The notes under the pieces are model-generated. The model was given only the letters and a program-made list of their open reading frames with translations. It made no database searches and was not told the DNA's origin. 64,000 bases of DNA, taken from assembly GCA_951406725.2 (NCBI GenBank), contig OX597816.1:115382001-115446000 (forward strand), read 5' to 3'. The translations under genes were made by a program, and so were the position numbers. This stretch comes from Octopus vulgaris. Its lineage: Eukaryota. Shown here one piece after another: positions 1 to 11,929 of this stretch. Numbering within the stretch: the first letter of the stretch is position 1; each line of letters begins with the position of its first letter.

Positions 1-2028
1 TTAAAAATCCCTCTGTTTCTGCTTTGAGTCCTGAGCTTCTCAACCATTGCTGGGATTTTTCTTTGTCTATTTCTTTTGCGTTTAGTTTAGTCCAGTATTT
101 ACCATGAAGGGGTTTTTCTTGCCATTGTTTTATCATGGCTCGTTGCTGTTCTATTTTTAGTTTGGATTTAATTTGTTTTATAGCTTTTGTTGTTTCTTCA
201 TCATCTTCTTCTTCTTCTTTGTGTTTATTAGGTGGTATGATTTCTTGTTTGTATTTGTCAGCTTCCTTAAATACTGAGAACAGTTTTTTGTTTTGCTCGT
301 GTTTTGCTGCTATCTGGATCAGTTTTCCTTCCTTCTGAAGTAGGTATTTTTGCAGTCCTATGGTGGTTATTTTATAGTAGTTTTCCAGCTGTATAAGGCC
401 TCTACCACCTTCTATACGTTGTATATATAGTCTTTCTATGTCAGATTTTGGGTGATGCATCCTAGATCCTGTCAGTATTTTTCTTGTTTTCCTATCTATT
501 TTGGACAGATCATTTCGTGTCCAGTTAAGGATATTGTAGCTGTAACTTATAACTGGGACAGCTAAAGTGTTGATACCTATTATCTTGTTTTTAGCATTGA
601 GCTCTGTTTTTAGTATTGATCTAACTCGTCTATAATATTCTTTTTTTATTTTCTCTTTCATTTGTGTGTGTTGTGTCTTATCTAGTTCATGGATTCCTAA
701 GTATTTGTAAGTTTGGCTTTGGTCTAATTCTTTTATTTCATTGGTTTTATCTAGTGTGATGTTGTTACTCTTAACTAGTTTTCCTCTTTTCATGGTTACT
801 TTGGCGCATTTTTCTAATCCAAATTTCATATCTATTTCTTTGGTAAATCCATGAACTGTCTTTAATAGTGTTTCCAGCTGTTTGTCATTTGCAGCATATA
901 GTTTTAGGTCATCCATATATAAAAGGTGGCTGATCGTTTTGCCGTAACATTTATATCCGCATCCAGTTCTATTTAGCATATCAGATAGAGGTGACAGTGC
1001 CAAGCAGAAAAGGAGTGGAGAGAGCGTGTCTCCCTGGAATATTCCTCTTCTAATGGGGATGTCTTTGGTTTTCATGAGTCCCTCTTTTGTTTGGAGGTGT
1101 AGGACTGTTTGCCATTTATTCATAGAGTGCTCTATGAATTTTATGATTGTTGGTGCTACTTTGTTAATGGCTAGTGTTTCGAGGATCCATGTGTGGGGGA
1201 TGCTATCAAACGCCTTTTTGTAGTCAATCCAGGCCATACTGAGGCCTTTCTTCTTTCTGTGGCTGTCTTCAGTTACGGCTTTATTAATCATTAGTTGATC
1301 TTTACAGCCATATGAGCCTTTGCGGCATCCTTTCTGCTCTTCTGGGAACAGTTTGTTTTCGTCCAGGTGCTTGTTCAGCCTTTGCGATATCACTGCAGTA
1401 AATGCCTTGAACATAGTAGGGAGGCAGGTTATTGGTCTGTAGTTTTCTGGTTTTGTTGTTTCATTTGATTTGGGAATTAAGATGGTTTTCCCCTTCGTGA
1501 GCCATTCAGGCATTGTCTCTGGCTCTGCTAGTATGCTGTTAAAGTTTTCAGCCAGCTTTTTGTGCATTCCTGTTAGATATTTCAACCAGAAGTTGGGGAT
1601 CTTGTCATGCCCAGGTGCCTTCCAGTTGCTTAGTTTTTGCAGTGCCTGGGTGACCTCTTCAGTTGTTATGGGGGTCCAAATTTGTTCAGATGCCGAGTTT
1701 GTTATTTTCATACTCCTTTTTTTGGCTGTTCGTTCGCCGACCATATTTCTTTCCAGAATTCTTCCAATTCTTCTGCCGTTGGTGCTGCAGTGACTTCTAT
1801 TTTATTTTTGCCCAGTTCTTGGTAGAACTTTTTGGGGTCGGAGTTGAACTTTTTGTTCTGTTCAAAGAAGCGTTGGCGTTTCTCGTACCGGCGGATCCTT
1901 TGAGCTTTGGCAAGGATATCTTGCTTCAGCTTTTCTTTTATCTCCGGCAAATCTTTTTCTGTGATGTTATATTTGCGGAGCATTTTTGTTCTCTTTTTGT
2001 TGCTCAGTAGCGTTGCTTGTTTGCTGAT
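1..2028 (-). mobile_element. R4/Dong-clade non-LTR retrotransposon, 5'-truncated, continuing beyond the left edge
   Basis: Minus-strand translation gives NWKAPGHDKIPNFWLK, NYRPITCLPTMFK, AWIDYKKAFDSIPH, RGIFQGDTLSPLLFCLAL, HLLYMDDLKLYA and WLRSSGLKAETEGF, the RT and post-RT motifs of R4/Dong REL elements. The 5' side abuts a (TAA)n tract. Confidence 0.92.
2..1711 (-). CDS. Reverse transcriptase portion of the R4/Dong ORF (partial, open at window edge)
   Basis: The ATG at 1711, the YMDD Met at 916 and the codons at the window edge share one frame. No stop-terminated ORF is listed in this frame, implying about 570 open codons. The upstream ORF 1708-1983 is the same protein across a frameshift near 1712-1725. 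Confidence 0.85.
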   Translation of the reverse strand, partial: MKITNSASEQIWTPITTEEVTQALQKLSNWKAPGHDKIPNFWLKYLTGMHKKLAENFNSILAEPETMPEWLTKGKTILIPKSNETTKPENYRPITCLPTMFKAFTAVISQRLNKHLDENKLFPEEQKGCRKGSYGCKDQLMINKAVTEDSHRKKKGLSMAWIDYKKAFDSIPHTWILETLAINKVAPTIIKFIEHSMNKWQTVLHLQTKEGLMKTKDIPIRRGIFQGDTLSPLLFCLALSPLSDMLNRTGCGYKCYGKTISHLLYMDDLKLYAANDKQLETLLKTVHGFTKEIDMKFGLEKCAKVTMKRGKLVKSNNITLDKTNEIKELDQSQTYKYLGIHELDKTQHTQMKEKIKKEYYRRVRSILKTELNAKNKIIGINTLAVPVISYSYNILNWTRNDLSKIDRKTRKILTGSRMHHPKSDIERLYIQRIEGGRGLIQLENYYKITTIGLQKYLLQKEGKLIQIAAKHEQNKKLFSVFKEADKYKQEIIPPNKHKEEEEDDEETTKAIKQIKSKLKIEQQRAMIKQWQEKPLHGKYWTKLNAKEIDKEKSQQWLRSSGLKAETEGFL

Positions 2029-2250
2029 CTTTTTGTTGCTCAGTAGCGTTGCTTGTTTGCTGATTATTCTTTTTGTTGCTCAGTAGCGTTGCTTGTTTGC
2101 TGATCTTTTTGTTGCTCAGTAGCGTTGCTTGTTTGCTGATTATTCTTTTTGTTGCTCAGTAGCGTTGTTGTTTGCTGATCTTTTTGTTGCTCAGTAGCAT
2201 TGCTTGTTTGCTGATTATTTTTGTTGCTCAGTAGCGTTGCTTGTCTGCTG

Positions 2251-2252
<2 letters not shown>
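1993..2252. repeat. Minisatellite: 7 copies of a 36-bp unit, alternate copies followed by TATT
   Basis: Unit CTTTTTGTTGCTCAGTAGCGTTGCTTGTTTGCTGAT starts at about 1993, 2029, 2069, 2105, 2145, 2180 and 2219. Confidence 0.95.
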
Positions 2253-2313
<61 letters not shown>

Positions 2314-2340
2314 TTTACCATTATTATTATTATTATCATA

Positions 2341-2515
2341 AGGCAATCAAGCAGAATTGTTAGCACATTCTGAATTTAAATTCCACCAAGGCTGACTCTG
2401 CTTTTCATCTTTTCAGGGTCAATAAAATAAGTGCCAATTGTGTACTGGAGTCGATGTAATCAACTATCCCGCTCCCCCAAATTTCAGTCCTTGTGCCTAT
2501 AGTAGAAAGGATTAT
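2341..2515 (+). mobile_element. SINE family B, degenerate copy
   Basis: Matches copies at 20704-21608: TTTCATC...GGTCAATAAAATAAGT central motif and CCTTGTGCCTATAGTAGAAAGG tail. Confidence 0.8.
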
Positions 2516-2520
2516 GTTGA

Positions 2521-2812
2521 TATTATTATTATAGAAACAAAGCTCAGGTTTTGTCTTATTCCTTGTAGGATTCTTTTGGTTAGCAGGTTACTGTCTGTAA
2601 CCTTAGGTATTCACATGCTTTCAGCAGTATTTCAAGTGCTTAAAACCCTCTTGATAATTGTTGCTGCCCCTAAGAGGCAAACTATCTGTAGGAGCTCTAC
2701 CAGGCATTCTATTTCAATCTCCTTCAGCCATTTGTCTATATCTTGGCTACTGTTCCCAATGCACCAATTATTATAGGCACAACCTTTACTGTTCACATGC
2801 TCCAAATTCTTC
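2521..2812 (-). mobile_element. Old R4/Dong-type 3' fragment (REL C-terminus plus 3' UTR ending in TAA repeats)
   Basis: Minus strand reads RIWSM*TVKVVPIIIGALGTV...LLQIVCLLGAATIIKRVLST*. TAA-type tracts lie on both sides. Confidence 0.75.
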
Positions 2813-2837
2813 CTTTTCTATTATTATTAATATTATT

Positions 2838-3203
2838 ACCTCCGCCTTAGTGAAGGCAGGTGTATTGTTTCAGCTGTGTTTATTTGTTTGTTTATCCATG
2901 GACAAGATATCTCAAGAACTGCTGGATGGATTCAGATGAAACTTTCAGGGATGTTTGGACTTGTGACTAGCACAAACTGATTAGATTTTGGGATCAATCC
3001 AGTACTGGACAAGGATTCTAGATTATTTTTCCTGGTTTTTTTTTACTTAATTTCTGAGAGCGACCAGGTTCATTTTTAGTATTCTCGTTTGTTAGAGCAG
3101 TTGAGTTTAGTTCAGATATTCTCATTTTAAAAATCATCTCTGGCTAATCGATGAGAGGACATTGGTGTTGCCTTGGTGGAGGTTTCCACTCTCTGAGTGC
3201 TCT
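2838..3203 (+). mobile_element. Helentron-associated non-autonomous element (HINE/DINE-like)
   Basis: Sub-terminal inverted repeats ACCTCCGCC (2838) and GGTGGAGGT (ending 3183) are followed by the short hairpin CACTC-TCT-GAGTG. Internal GTTT/GATATCTCAAGAAC...GATGAAACTTT tract; T-rich flanks. Confidence 0.7.
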
Positions 3204-3222
3204 TATTATTATTGTTGTTGTT

Positions 3223-3261
<39 letters not shown>

Positions 3262-3599
3262 ATTATTATTAATATTATTATTACACTGGTTCCTTACAAA
3301 AACAACAACAAATTAATTGCGTAAAAGGTGAGAGATATAGCTGGTGTTACAAACAGCATTGTATTCCTTATTTATCAATTTGAGTGATGCTAACACAAAA
3401 GTGTTCTTGGCAAGATCAATCCAATCTTCACCAGAATTATTATCTTGCTACTGTATTATAAACAATCAACACAACTATAAAAAGTAAATTTTATTACAGA
3501 AATAACAAGAATTTTATGAAAAACTATTACATTATCTAATTTTATATTGTTTTTTTTTATTTGAACTAAAACACTTTGTCTTTATACATTTTTATACCC

Positions 3600-3731
3600 A
3601 TACATATATAAATACATTCATATATATGTATGTATGTATGTATATATGTCTGTCTGTATGTATTCATTTATACATGCATATAAATACAAATATGTACATC
3701 CATACAAATATACACATACAAGGCCACAAGC

Positions 3732-3773
<42 letters not shown>

Positions 3774-3852
3774 CATATGTATGCATATACATATATGTGT
3801 GTGTATATATATATATTTGTATGTATATGTATGTATATACATATATATGCAC

Positions 3853-3932
<80 letters not shown>

Positions 3933-3995
3933 ATAAGTATATACATACACACACACACACATGTATATACATATGTACACACTCACGCACACACT
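3600..3995. repeat. Compound (TA)n/(TATG)n/(CA)n microsatellite
   Basis: Visible directly. Similar blocks lie near 7.1-7.4, 12.0-13.5, 17.7-18.3, 25.4-25.6, 27.5-28.0, 35.4-35.9, 38.0-38.2, 42.0-42.4, 54.5-54.8 and 61.3-61.45 kb. Confidence 0.95.
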
Positions 3996-4329
3996 TTTGA
4001 GGGGAATAATGGTGAATAAGAAAATTGAAAGAAAGACTTAAAGAAAAAAAGCAAATCCTGTTATTTTTTTCTGTCTTGATAAAATAAATTATAAATACAA
4101 AGAAATCAACAAGAAATAATTGAATAACTATAAATACTAGGTTTTGTGTGTTCTTTATGGAAAGGTTAATGATGACAGTAACAGAGCAAGAAAGTTTTCG
4201 TTCCTATTTTTTTTATTTGTCTGAGAAGGGGTAGAAAGTGCCTATGACCTTTGCCAGCCCTCACAGCCTGGTGAGAGTAATGTTATTGATGTTTAATTTG
4301 AACATGTGCAGGAGGAACATGGGTAGGGA

Positions 4330-4780
4330 AGGAATTTAGGAGGCTTGATTCTCTGGTGAGCAGTGATTGAATAATCTGTTCCATGTAGGATCTGAAGAAA
4401 TAAGACATAGTAAGGATGAAGAAAAAATGATGAGACAGGAGTGGTAACGGTATGTATTTGTATGAAATGGTATCCAGCTTACTAGCTCAGGGATGCTGTT
4501 AGTGTAGTATCAGTTGAAGAGAATGACTGGAAAAATAATACATCTCTGAGTCAGAAATCATCTGCTGTAGAGTTTTGGTGTGTCTCTTGGATGTGGTCTA
4601 GAATGTTTCTAATGCTTTTGCAGGTGCTGTTGCAGGAACACAACTGCAGATAAGTGAGCAGTGTTTCAATCTGAATTACATTTCTACATGTGAAAACTGG
4701 AGTATTTAATGAATCAGTAGAATGCATTCTAGTTGTTATGATGCAAATCTGGCAACACAAGATTGTCATGGGAAATTGTT
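4330..4780 (-). mobile_element. Highly decayed LINE 3' fragment (CR1/L2 group)
   Basis: Minus-strand remnants resemble the post-RT motifs (EHCSLI, ILDHIQ, SYFFRS..WNRL) with many disruptions. Confidence 0.3.
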
Positions 4781-6269
4781 ACAGTTTGTAACCTAGCATT
4801 TCGAGGCAGCATTGATCATGTATAAGAAATATATGAATCCTAAACATTTCCAATGGGGCTAAGCATTCTGTTTGCATTGGAAAATGTTTGAAGTCTCTTT
4901 TTGTAGGAAAAGAAAAAAAAAAATTTTTTACTAATGTAAAGCTGGTGTGAGTCTTTTGAAGTGAATTTTGGTTTTTAAATAATTTTATGATCAGTACCAT
5001 AGTATATGTTTTATTGAGTGAAAGAGACAAATAAAGAAAAATATGCCAAAGTAATGAGCTATTTTATACTTTTGCCTTGCAGAGCATTATTCCATGGCTG
5101 AAGATAAAGATAGTAAACATTAGCAGGTTTCTGAATAATTATAGTTCTTAAGCAAAGCAAAAATTAGAAACCAGATTAAACTAGTGATGATCTGTGTTGC
5201 CAAAACTCTAGCAAAATTTGTGAGTTTAGATAAGTCTTGTCTACCATGAGAAGAAGAATTGGTAGTCATCAGAGATTTAGATAGAATCCCGCACATTATT
5301 TGTTTCAACTGTATGCGTTCTGTGTTCAAATCCCACTGAGGTCAGCTTTACCTTTCATCATTTCAGAGCCAATAAAACAGTACCAATGCAGAGTGGCAGA
5401 TTGTTGGAAGCACAAAAGATCAAACTGAATGCCATGCCCTATTTCTTCTGACTCTTTGCTTTTTTAGTTCAGATCACACCGTGGCATTCATGGGTGGAAG
5501 ATTTAATCCATCCCCCAGTTTAACACAACTACCTTGAGTACCTTTTGTAGATTCCCACCACCACCACCATCACCAACGCCACCACTCTTTTACAAGCATT
5601 TGGTCGCCAGTTTGGAGATAACTTCTCCTCCTTTCACCTGTCATAGAGAAACTGTGAAGGGTCACAGCCCCTGCTTAATCTTGTGACTGAAAGACCAAAG
5701 TAAATAGAGGAATACTGAACATTATTCAAAAAAGCAGAAACATGTTTAGAATTACTTTCCATACATACAAAAAATGTGAATTGGAGGGGTGGGGTGAATA
5801 TTAGTCCTCAACTATTGTATTTGCTTTCCTGTGTGCATATACTGTTTTTTTGTGTGTGTTCCATACATATGTGTTAAAAATAATATATGATAATATCAAA
5901 ATAGTTAGTTACATCACTGCAAAAACATTCTAAGAATCTGGACAATCTTTCGTTTTGGAAATATCTATTTCTAGCAGCTTGTATAATTTTACAGTGGCCT
6001 TATTCTTGGTTGGTTAGTTTATTAAAAACTTCTAGAGAGGTCCACATCATAAATAACAAAAAAAAAACAAGCAAAAGAAAAGAAGGAATATATCTTTGTT
6101 ATTCACTTACAGTTCTTTATGGATATTCCTGATATTCATGTAATTCGTGTGTAGGTTATTATTATTTTTTTTTTGTCCTTGCTGTTATTCTAGTTGTTGT
6201 TTTAAATCTTAAAGCATTTTATAAAATAAATAAATAAGATTTATAGTGAGGCAATAACAATTTTTGAAA

Positions 6270-6282
6270 ACTAATGATCACA

Positions 6283-6313
<31 letters not shown>

Positions 6314-6525
6314 CGATGTGAATAATAATAATAATGATGATGCTGATGATGGTGATAACGATGAGGATGCTGATGATGCTGATGATGAAGATGTGGATGT
6401 GGATGATGATTTTGATGGTGGTGGTAATAATAATAAAGGTAATAATAACAGCAACAACAAGAACAATAATAATAATAAATAATAAAAAATAATGATGATA
6501 ATGATGATAATGATAATAATAATAT
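6270..6525. repeat. (GAT)n/(AAT)n low-complexity tract
   Basis: Visible directly. Confidence 0.9.
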
Positions 6526-7108
6526 ATCGAATCTAGAAAGAAAGACCATAAAATATATTTTTTAAAGAATTAAATAAATAAGAAAGAATTAAAAGATTAA
6601 ATGCAAAAGTAAAAAAAAATTGGAAAATGTGAAACAAAATGTTAGTTGGAATTGGTAAAGCAACCAACAGAAATTAGCAAGGTGTGAAGAATAGAGTAAG
6701 TATTTCTGTGGATGATTGGCAATGAGTTCTGAAATAGATAAAGAAAAGCAGAAGCAAAACTATAGAACCACCTAACTGCACCAAATTGTCCAATAAGGCT
6801 TGATCAGAAGTCATGCCAAGTGGAATGGAAATATCAATGTAAACTATTTTCTTTCTTTCCTAGTCTTATTTCTATTTACTATAGATTTTTACTCTTTTAT
6901 TTCGAAAACAAAATCCTGTGCAATACTGATTTATAAAGAAAAGATAAAGAAAAAATTAAAAAAATTAAAAAGAAGACAAAAAATAGTAAGTATTCAAACT
7001 AGTAAAAATTAATGAAGTCTTTAATTGCACGCATTACAAAACAGAATTGAGAAGTCCATTCATAGAACTAACTCAATGTACACTTAAAAAAATATACATA
7101 TATTTGTG

Positions 7109-7151
<43 letters not shown>

Positions 7152-8617
7152 GTATACATATATATACATATACATACATTTATGAATATGTATATGTATG
7201 CATGTACATACATATATATATATATGTATGTATAAATATATGTATATGTATCTATGCACACATATGTACATACATACATGCATACATACACATATACACA
7301 CAAACATGTATGTATATGCATATATATATATATGTGTGTACAAGTGTGACTGCAAATTTTTGAATATGTACGTGTGTGTCTGTGTACATCTGTATAAGTG
7401 TATATAAATATATGTGTGCGTATATATTCCTAAAATGCTTTCTAAATTGTATGTATGTTGCAAATAAATAATATACTGGTGTTGATGTGTTTAATTTCAA
7501 GGCTTGAAAGTTTTGCTGTATTTGTAAAAGAAATATTGTTAATTTTCTTAATGTGTTTAATGTATTGTGCAAATAAAATCAGGAAGAATTGGCTAACTAT
7601 TGAGATATAGCAAATTTTATGATGCATTTGGCCTATATTTCTAAAACCAAAACCTAAAAAAAAAAAACGGAAAAAGCCAAAAAAAAAAGAGGAAAAATGA
7701 CTAGAAAAGAAATATTTCTTATTGTTAAGATTCTTTGTAATGCTTTTAGCATTATGAAAATACACTTGGTTAAACAGTAATGACACAAGACATGCTTGAA
7801 TATATGTAATATAACCTGTATGGTATATTTGTTTTTTCCCTTTTGTTAATAATGGTTACAGATAGTTCCTTAGGATATCGAAAAGAATAAACCATCTAAA
7901 AATGACTTTTGATTTTGTTTCGCTTCCCTAAGTCAGACTTGGTCAAAGATCTTGTTAATATCTAGAACCAGGTCTACAAATGCATGAAAAGTCTATTTAT
8001 TATTTTGTTGTTTGTTTATCATTACACACACACACACACGCATTTATATATATTTATATATATTTTAGATATATATCATGTATATGTTTAGCAATAGTAT
8101 TTTATGGTGAATATTATACTGGATGTTTGCTTATGAAATATTTTTTTATCTTCTAACACTCTCAGATGTGCAAATTTAAATCAATGTTTAAAGTTGAGCC
8201 CACTCTATACTTCACACATACATATACACACACATGTACTCACACATACTCACATATACATACATACATGTTTGTTTATTATTTATTTAACCTTTTGGTT
8301 GTCTCAGTCAATGGACTGTCATCAACCTGAGACACCAACTTCAAGGAACTTTCTTTTTTTAGTTGATTAACTATCAACCCAAGTACTTCGTGTAATTTTT
8401 TATTTTACAAATACTGGAAGGAAGAAAAGCAAAGTAGACTTAGGTGGAGCTTAGAACTCAAAACATAAAGATACATTATAAAACAACACAAAGTATTGTG
8501 TCTGATGCTCTTCAGGTTATGACATCTACCCACTGATGTTTATGCATACAAATACGCACACATTTATAAGTGTATGTATGCATGTTGGTAAAATGCATAT
8601 ATATATATATTAAATAA

Positions 8618-8940
8618 GTGAAGGCATATGGCTTAGTGGTTAGGGGCATCCAGCTCATAATTCTAAGGTCATGAGTTTAATTCCTTGTGACATGTGTCCT
8701 TGAACAAGATACTTTATTCCTATTGTCAAAGTCCACTCATCTGGCAAAAATGAGTAGTGCCTGTATTTTAAAGGGACAGCTTTGTTATGTTCTGTATCAT
8801 GCCAAATCTCCTTGAGAACTACATTAAGGGTACACATGTCTGTGGAGTGCTCAGTCACTTGCCCGTTAACTTCACGAGCAGGCTGTTCTGTTGATTGGAT
8901 CAAGTAGAACCCTCGTCAATGTAACTGACAGAGTGCCAGT
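8618..8940 (+). mobile_element. tRNA-derived SINE family C
   Basis: A-box TGGCTTAGTGG, B-box-like GAGTTTAATTCC, GTGTCCTTGAACAAG core. Aligns with 22141-22443 and 58942-59265. Confidence 0.85.
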
Positions 8941-9737
8941 GATATATGTAGGTGACTTTAAACTGCACCCACTAGTGGGGCTTTGGTTTAGGTGTTTGAG
9001 ACTTTTAAAGAGTGTAGAAGCATCTCTTAGCCATTATTGTTCCCAGCTCTAATCTGACCCAGCATAGTAACATCTGCCAGGGTTTCGGTTATGGATTAAG
9101 TAGCATATGTGATGAAATCCATCTGAGCTTGGGGATGCAAAAAGACCCTTGGTTGGTGTTAGGGCATGCAGAAAACCCACAGGGAGTGAAGGACACTTAG
9201 CAGTTGTCACATCCTTCTAGGTAAGACCAGTCTAAAGTAAAACCTGTGGTTTCACCTGATTACTGTTATCTTGTTCTGGCCTGTCACTAGATCCTAATCA
9301 CGGTGACTCAGAGAGTAACACTCATGTGGTACAAGTGTTCATCTCTATAACTCAGTGACATACGGATGTCCCCTTACGATGATCTCATTTGTTATCCCAC
9401 TTATTGAAATTCCTATGGTAATAGAAGACTGGTGATGTGTGGAAACCAAAGCTGTCAAAGCATGCAGTAAGTTACAACTTTCTACTGTTTCTGATGCTTT
9501 AAACCATATAGATCTTCAGTGGGACTGAATTGTCATCTGAGAGGTCATGGATGGAAAGTCAGAAATGCCAATGGCAATGAGGAACTGCAAGGGACTGGCA
9601 ACTATGTGTGAAAATGGGACAATCACCATGTATATAGAGTGGTGGGTAGGTTTGTTGGTAGATAGACAGGTATGCATATTGGTGAGAGAAATGCAAATCA
9701 GTATTTATAATCATAAAACATATATTTGTGTGTGCGT

Positions 9738-9789
<52 letters not shown>

Positions 9790-9945
9790 GTGCGTGTGCG
9801 TGTGTGTATGTTTGTGTGTCTGTGTTTGTCCCCACCATCACTTGACAACCAATACCGGTGTGTTTATGTCCCTGAAACTTAGCAGTTTGACAAAAGAGAC
9901 TGATAGAATAAGGGTTGATAGATGTGGGGTTGATTTGTTTGACTT
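9790..9945 (+). mobile_element. SINE family A, 3' half
   Basis: TGTGTTTGTCCCC..CTTGACAACC..GGTGTGTTTA matches the full copy at 22687-23108. Confidence 0.75.
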
Positions 9946-10540
9946 GAGAGGATGGGTACACAAGAACATTTATGTTTCATCTCACAGAAAAAGACGAAGA
10001 AATTAGCCACAAGGCAATGAGATTTCTATAATTCCTCATGCAATAAATTACTCAAAAAATAAAATACTGCAGCCCTCCCCCCACTAAAAAAGAGAAAAAA
10101 AAAAAACTATCTGAATAATTATAGCTCTTCCCAAATGGGATACCAAATAGGGGGATAGTTATTGTTGTTGTTTGATACAATTTTAGACCTGAGTGAGCAG
10201 AACTATGATCAAAGGTATTTCAGCAGTGACTGTTGGAGATATTCCAAGACAGTTCCACATTGCAAACTTAAAGCCACAATGTTCAAAAATATCGAATCTT
10301 ATATCACATTGCTGGTCTGGCTTTGAGGTTCTTATTCAAGGCTATTTTTATATGTCCAATGAACTAAATCCCTCTTTACCTAGCATTGAGGTTCTTGCCT
10401 GTGACTGATTTTATATATACAAAGGACTCACAAATATATACACACACACACATATAGACAGAGATAGATATATACACATATACATATAAGTATATATATA
10501 TATATACACTCACACACACATACATATATATATTGTATAT

Positions 10541-10705
10541 AGGTGCAGCAGTGGCTGTATGATAAGTAGCTTGCTTACGAACTACATGGTTCTGGGTTCA
10601 GTCCCACTGCGTGGCACCTTAGGCAAGAGTCTTCTACTACAGCCTTGGGCTGACCAAAGCCTTGTGAGTGGATTTAGTAGACGGAAACTGAAAGAAGCCC
10701 ATCAT
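10541..10705 (+). mobile_element. SINE family A, tRNA-like head and core
   Basis: GTGGCTGT..TAAGTAGCTTGC..GGGTTCAGTCCCACTG..GGCAAG..GGAAACTGAAAGAAGCCC. Confidence 0.85.
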
Positions 10706-10730
10706 ATAGATATATATACATATATATATA

Positions 10731-11185
10731 TTGTTATATTTCGGAATGGTCATTTTGCCAGTTTAGCCAATAAAAACACATGCACTATATATTTGGTGTT
10801 ATTTTGCTTCAGTGTTATTTATTTTTTACATTAATCTTAATCTTATTTCGGCCAGAGTTCTTTCGTCAAACTCCTGTGACCGCATCAGTGGTCCTTTGTT
10901 TTCTTCTTTCTTATTTGTGTCTCTCTTTACTCACCGTCAGCCATTTTGTATTTCTATTGTATGTCTTCATTTGCACATGCTTATATCTCTATGTGCGTCT
11001 ATGTTTATTTAGTGTGTGTGTGGGGGGGGGATGCCTGTAATATTTGTATCTTCTGTTTATATATGTTCATGTAATTTGTTTTTGTTGTTGTTGTTTTTGT
11101 TTATTCTTATTTTGTTCATGTGTTTACATCCAAATATTATTATTATCATTACGTATGCTTGTATGTATGTATAACAACAATACTA

Positions 11186-11224
<39 letters not shown>

Positions 11225-11268
11225 TTTATTGGCTAAACTGGCAAAATGACCATTCCGAAATATAACAA
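10731..11268. mobile_element. Short element with perfect 45-bp terminal inverted repeats, inserted in (TA)n
   Basis: TTGTTATATTTCGGAATGGTCATTTTGCCAGTTTAGCCAATAAAA (10731-10775) is the exact reverse complement of 11224-11268; TA flanks. Confidence 0.85.
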
Positions 11269-11280
11269 TATATAAACGTA

Positions 11281-11335
<55 letters not shown>

Positions 11336-11339
11336 AATC

Positions 11340-11600
11340 TCTCACCAGATCATCCTACATGCATCCGCTTGATGCAGAAGCTGTAGGCTGGAAAAGGCCC
11401 CATGACAGGCCACATACAAGATGGCTGTACATAATTAAGAAAGACCTTCAGAGGCTCAACATCCTCTTGGAGGATGCAGATGGTCTAGCACAGGATTACC
11501 AGTGATGGAGGGCACCAGTGGACCTGGTCATCTCTAAACATGATCGATGATATATCTGAGACCCCTAACTTGGAATTATCATCAGCAAGACCATGAGTGA
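11340..11600 (+). mobile_element. RTE-clade LINE 3' fragment
   Basis: Translates GWKRPHDRPHTRWLYIIKKDL...AQDYQ*WR, a decayed form of the RTE C-terminal KRPRGRP..RW...AQDR..WR motif. Confidence 0.75.
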
Positions 11601-11816
11601 GAGAGTTTGATATTTGTATCCAATGAATCCACTGGTGTATTACCTATATTTAATCATGAGCATTGGTGTTAATGCTCGTAAGGGATAGGTAAAGACAAGA
11701 ATAAACTAAGGTTTACCAATATTCAAGGTAAGCAGAAAATGGATACAAGATTGATGAATAATAATTGATTTACATCAATTATCATTTATTAATTAATTAC
11801 AAAAAGACAGAATCTC

Positions 11817-11929
11817 AACTTACAGCTGTTTCGGTTAGCCTGATTCCCAGGCTTAACCATAATAATAATTATTATTATCATTGTAAGTAATTAATTATAC
11901 CAACTTGAATCAGGGAACTTCATCAGAGT
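11817..11929 (-). ncRNA. Candidate minimal type I hammerhead ribozyme (Penelope-like element remnant)
   Basis: Minus strand: ACT-CTGATGA-[stem II, CCTGATTC/GAATCAGG]-GAAAC-AGCT-GTA-AGT. The core is intact, stem III is palindromic, stem I is 3 bp, and AATAAA follows about 25 nt downstream. Confidence 0.6.

Noticed and set aside
1993-2252. 36-bp repeats superficially like a CRISPR array
   Set aside because: There are no unique spacers and no cas genes, and the context is eukaryotic.
3618-4019. Many YI/CV/HT-rich ORFs here and throughout the window
   Set aside because: They are translations of stop-free dinucleotide and tetranucleotide microsatellites, not genes.
5240-5275. Minus-strand CTGATGA followed by a CTACCA/TGGTAG hairpin
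   Set aside because: The required GAAA after stem II is absent (ACAAG).
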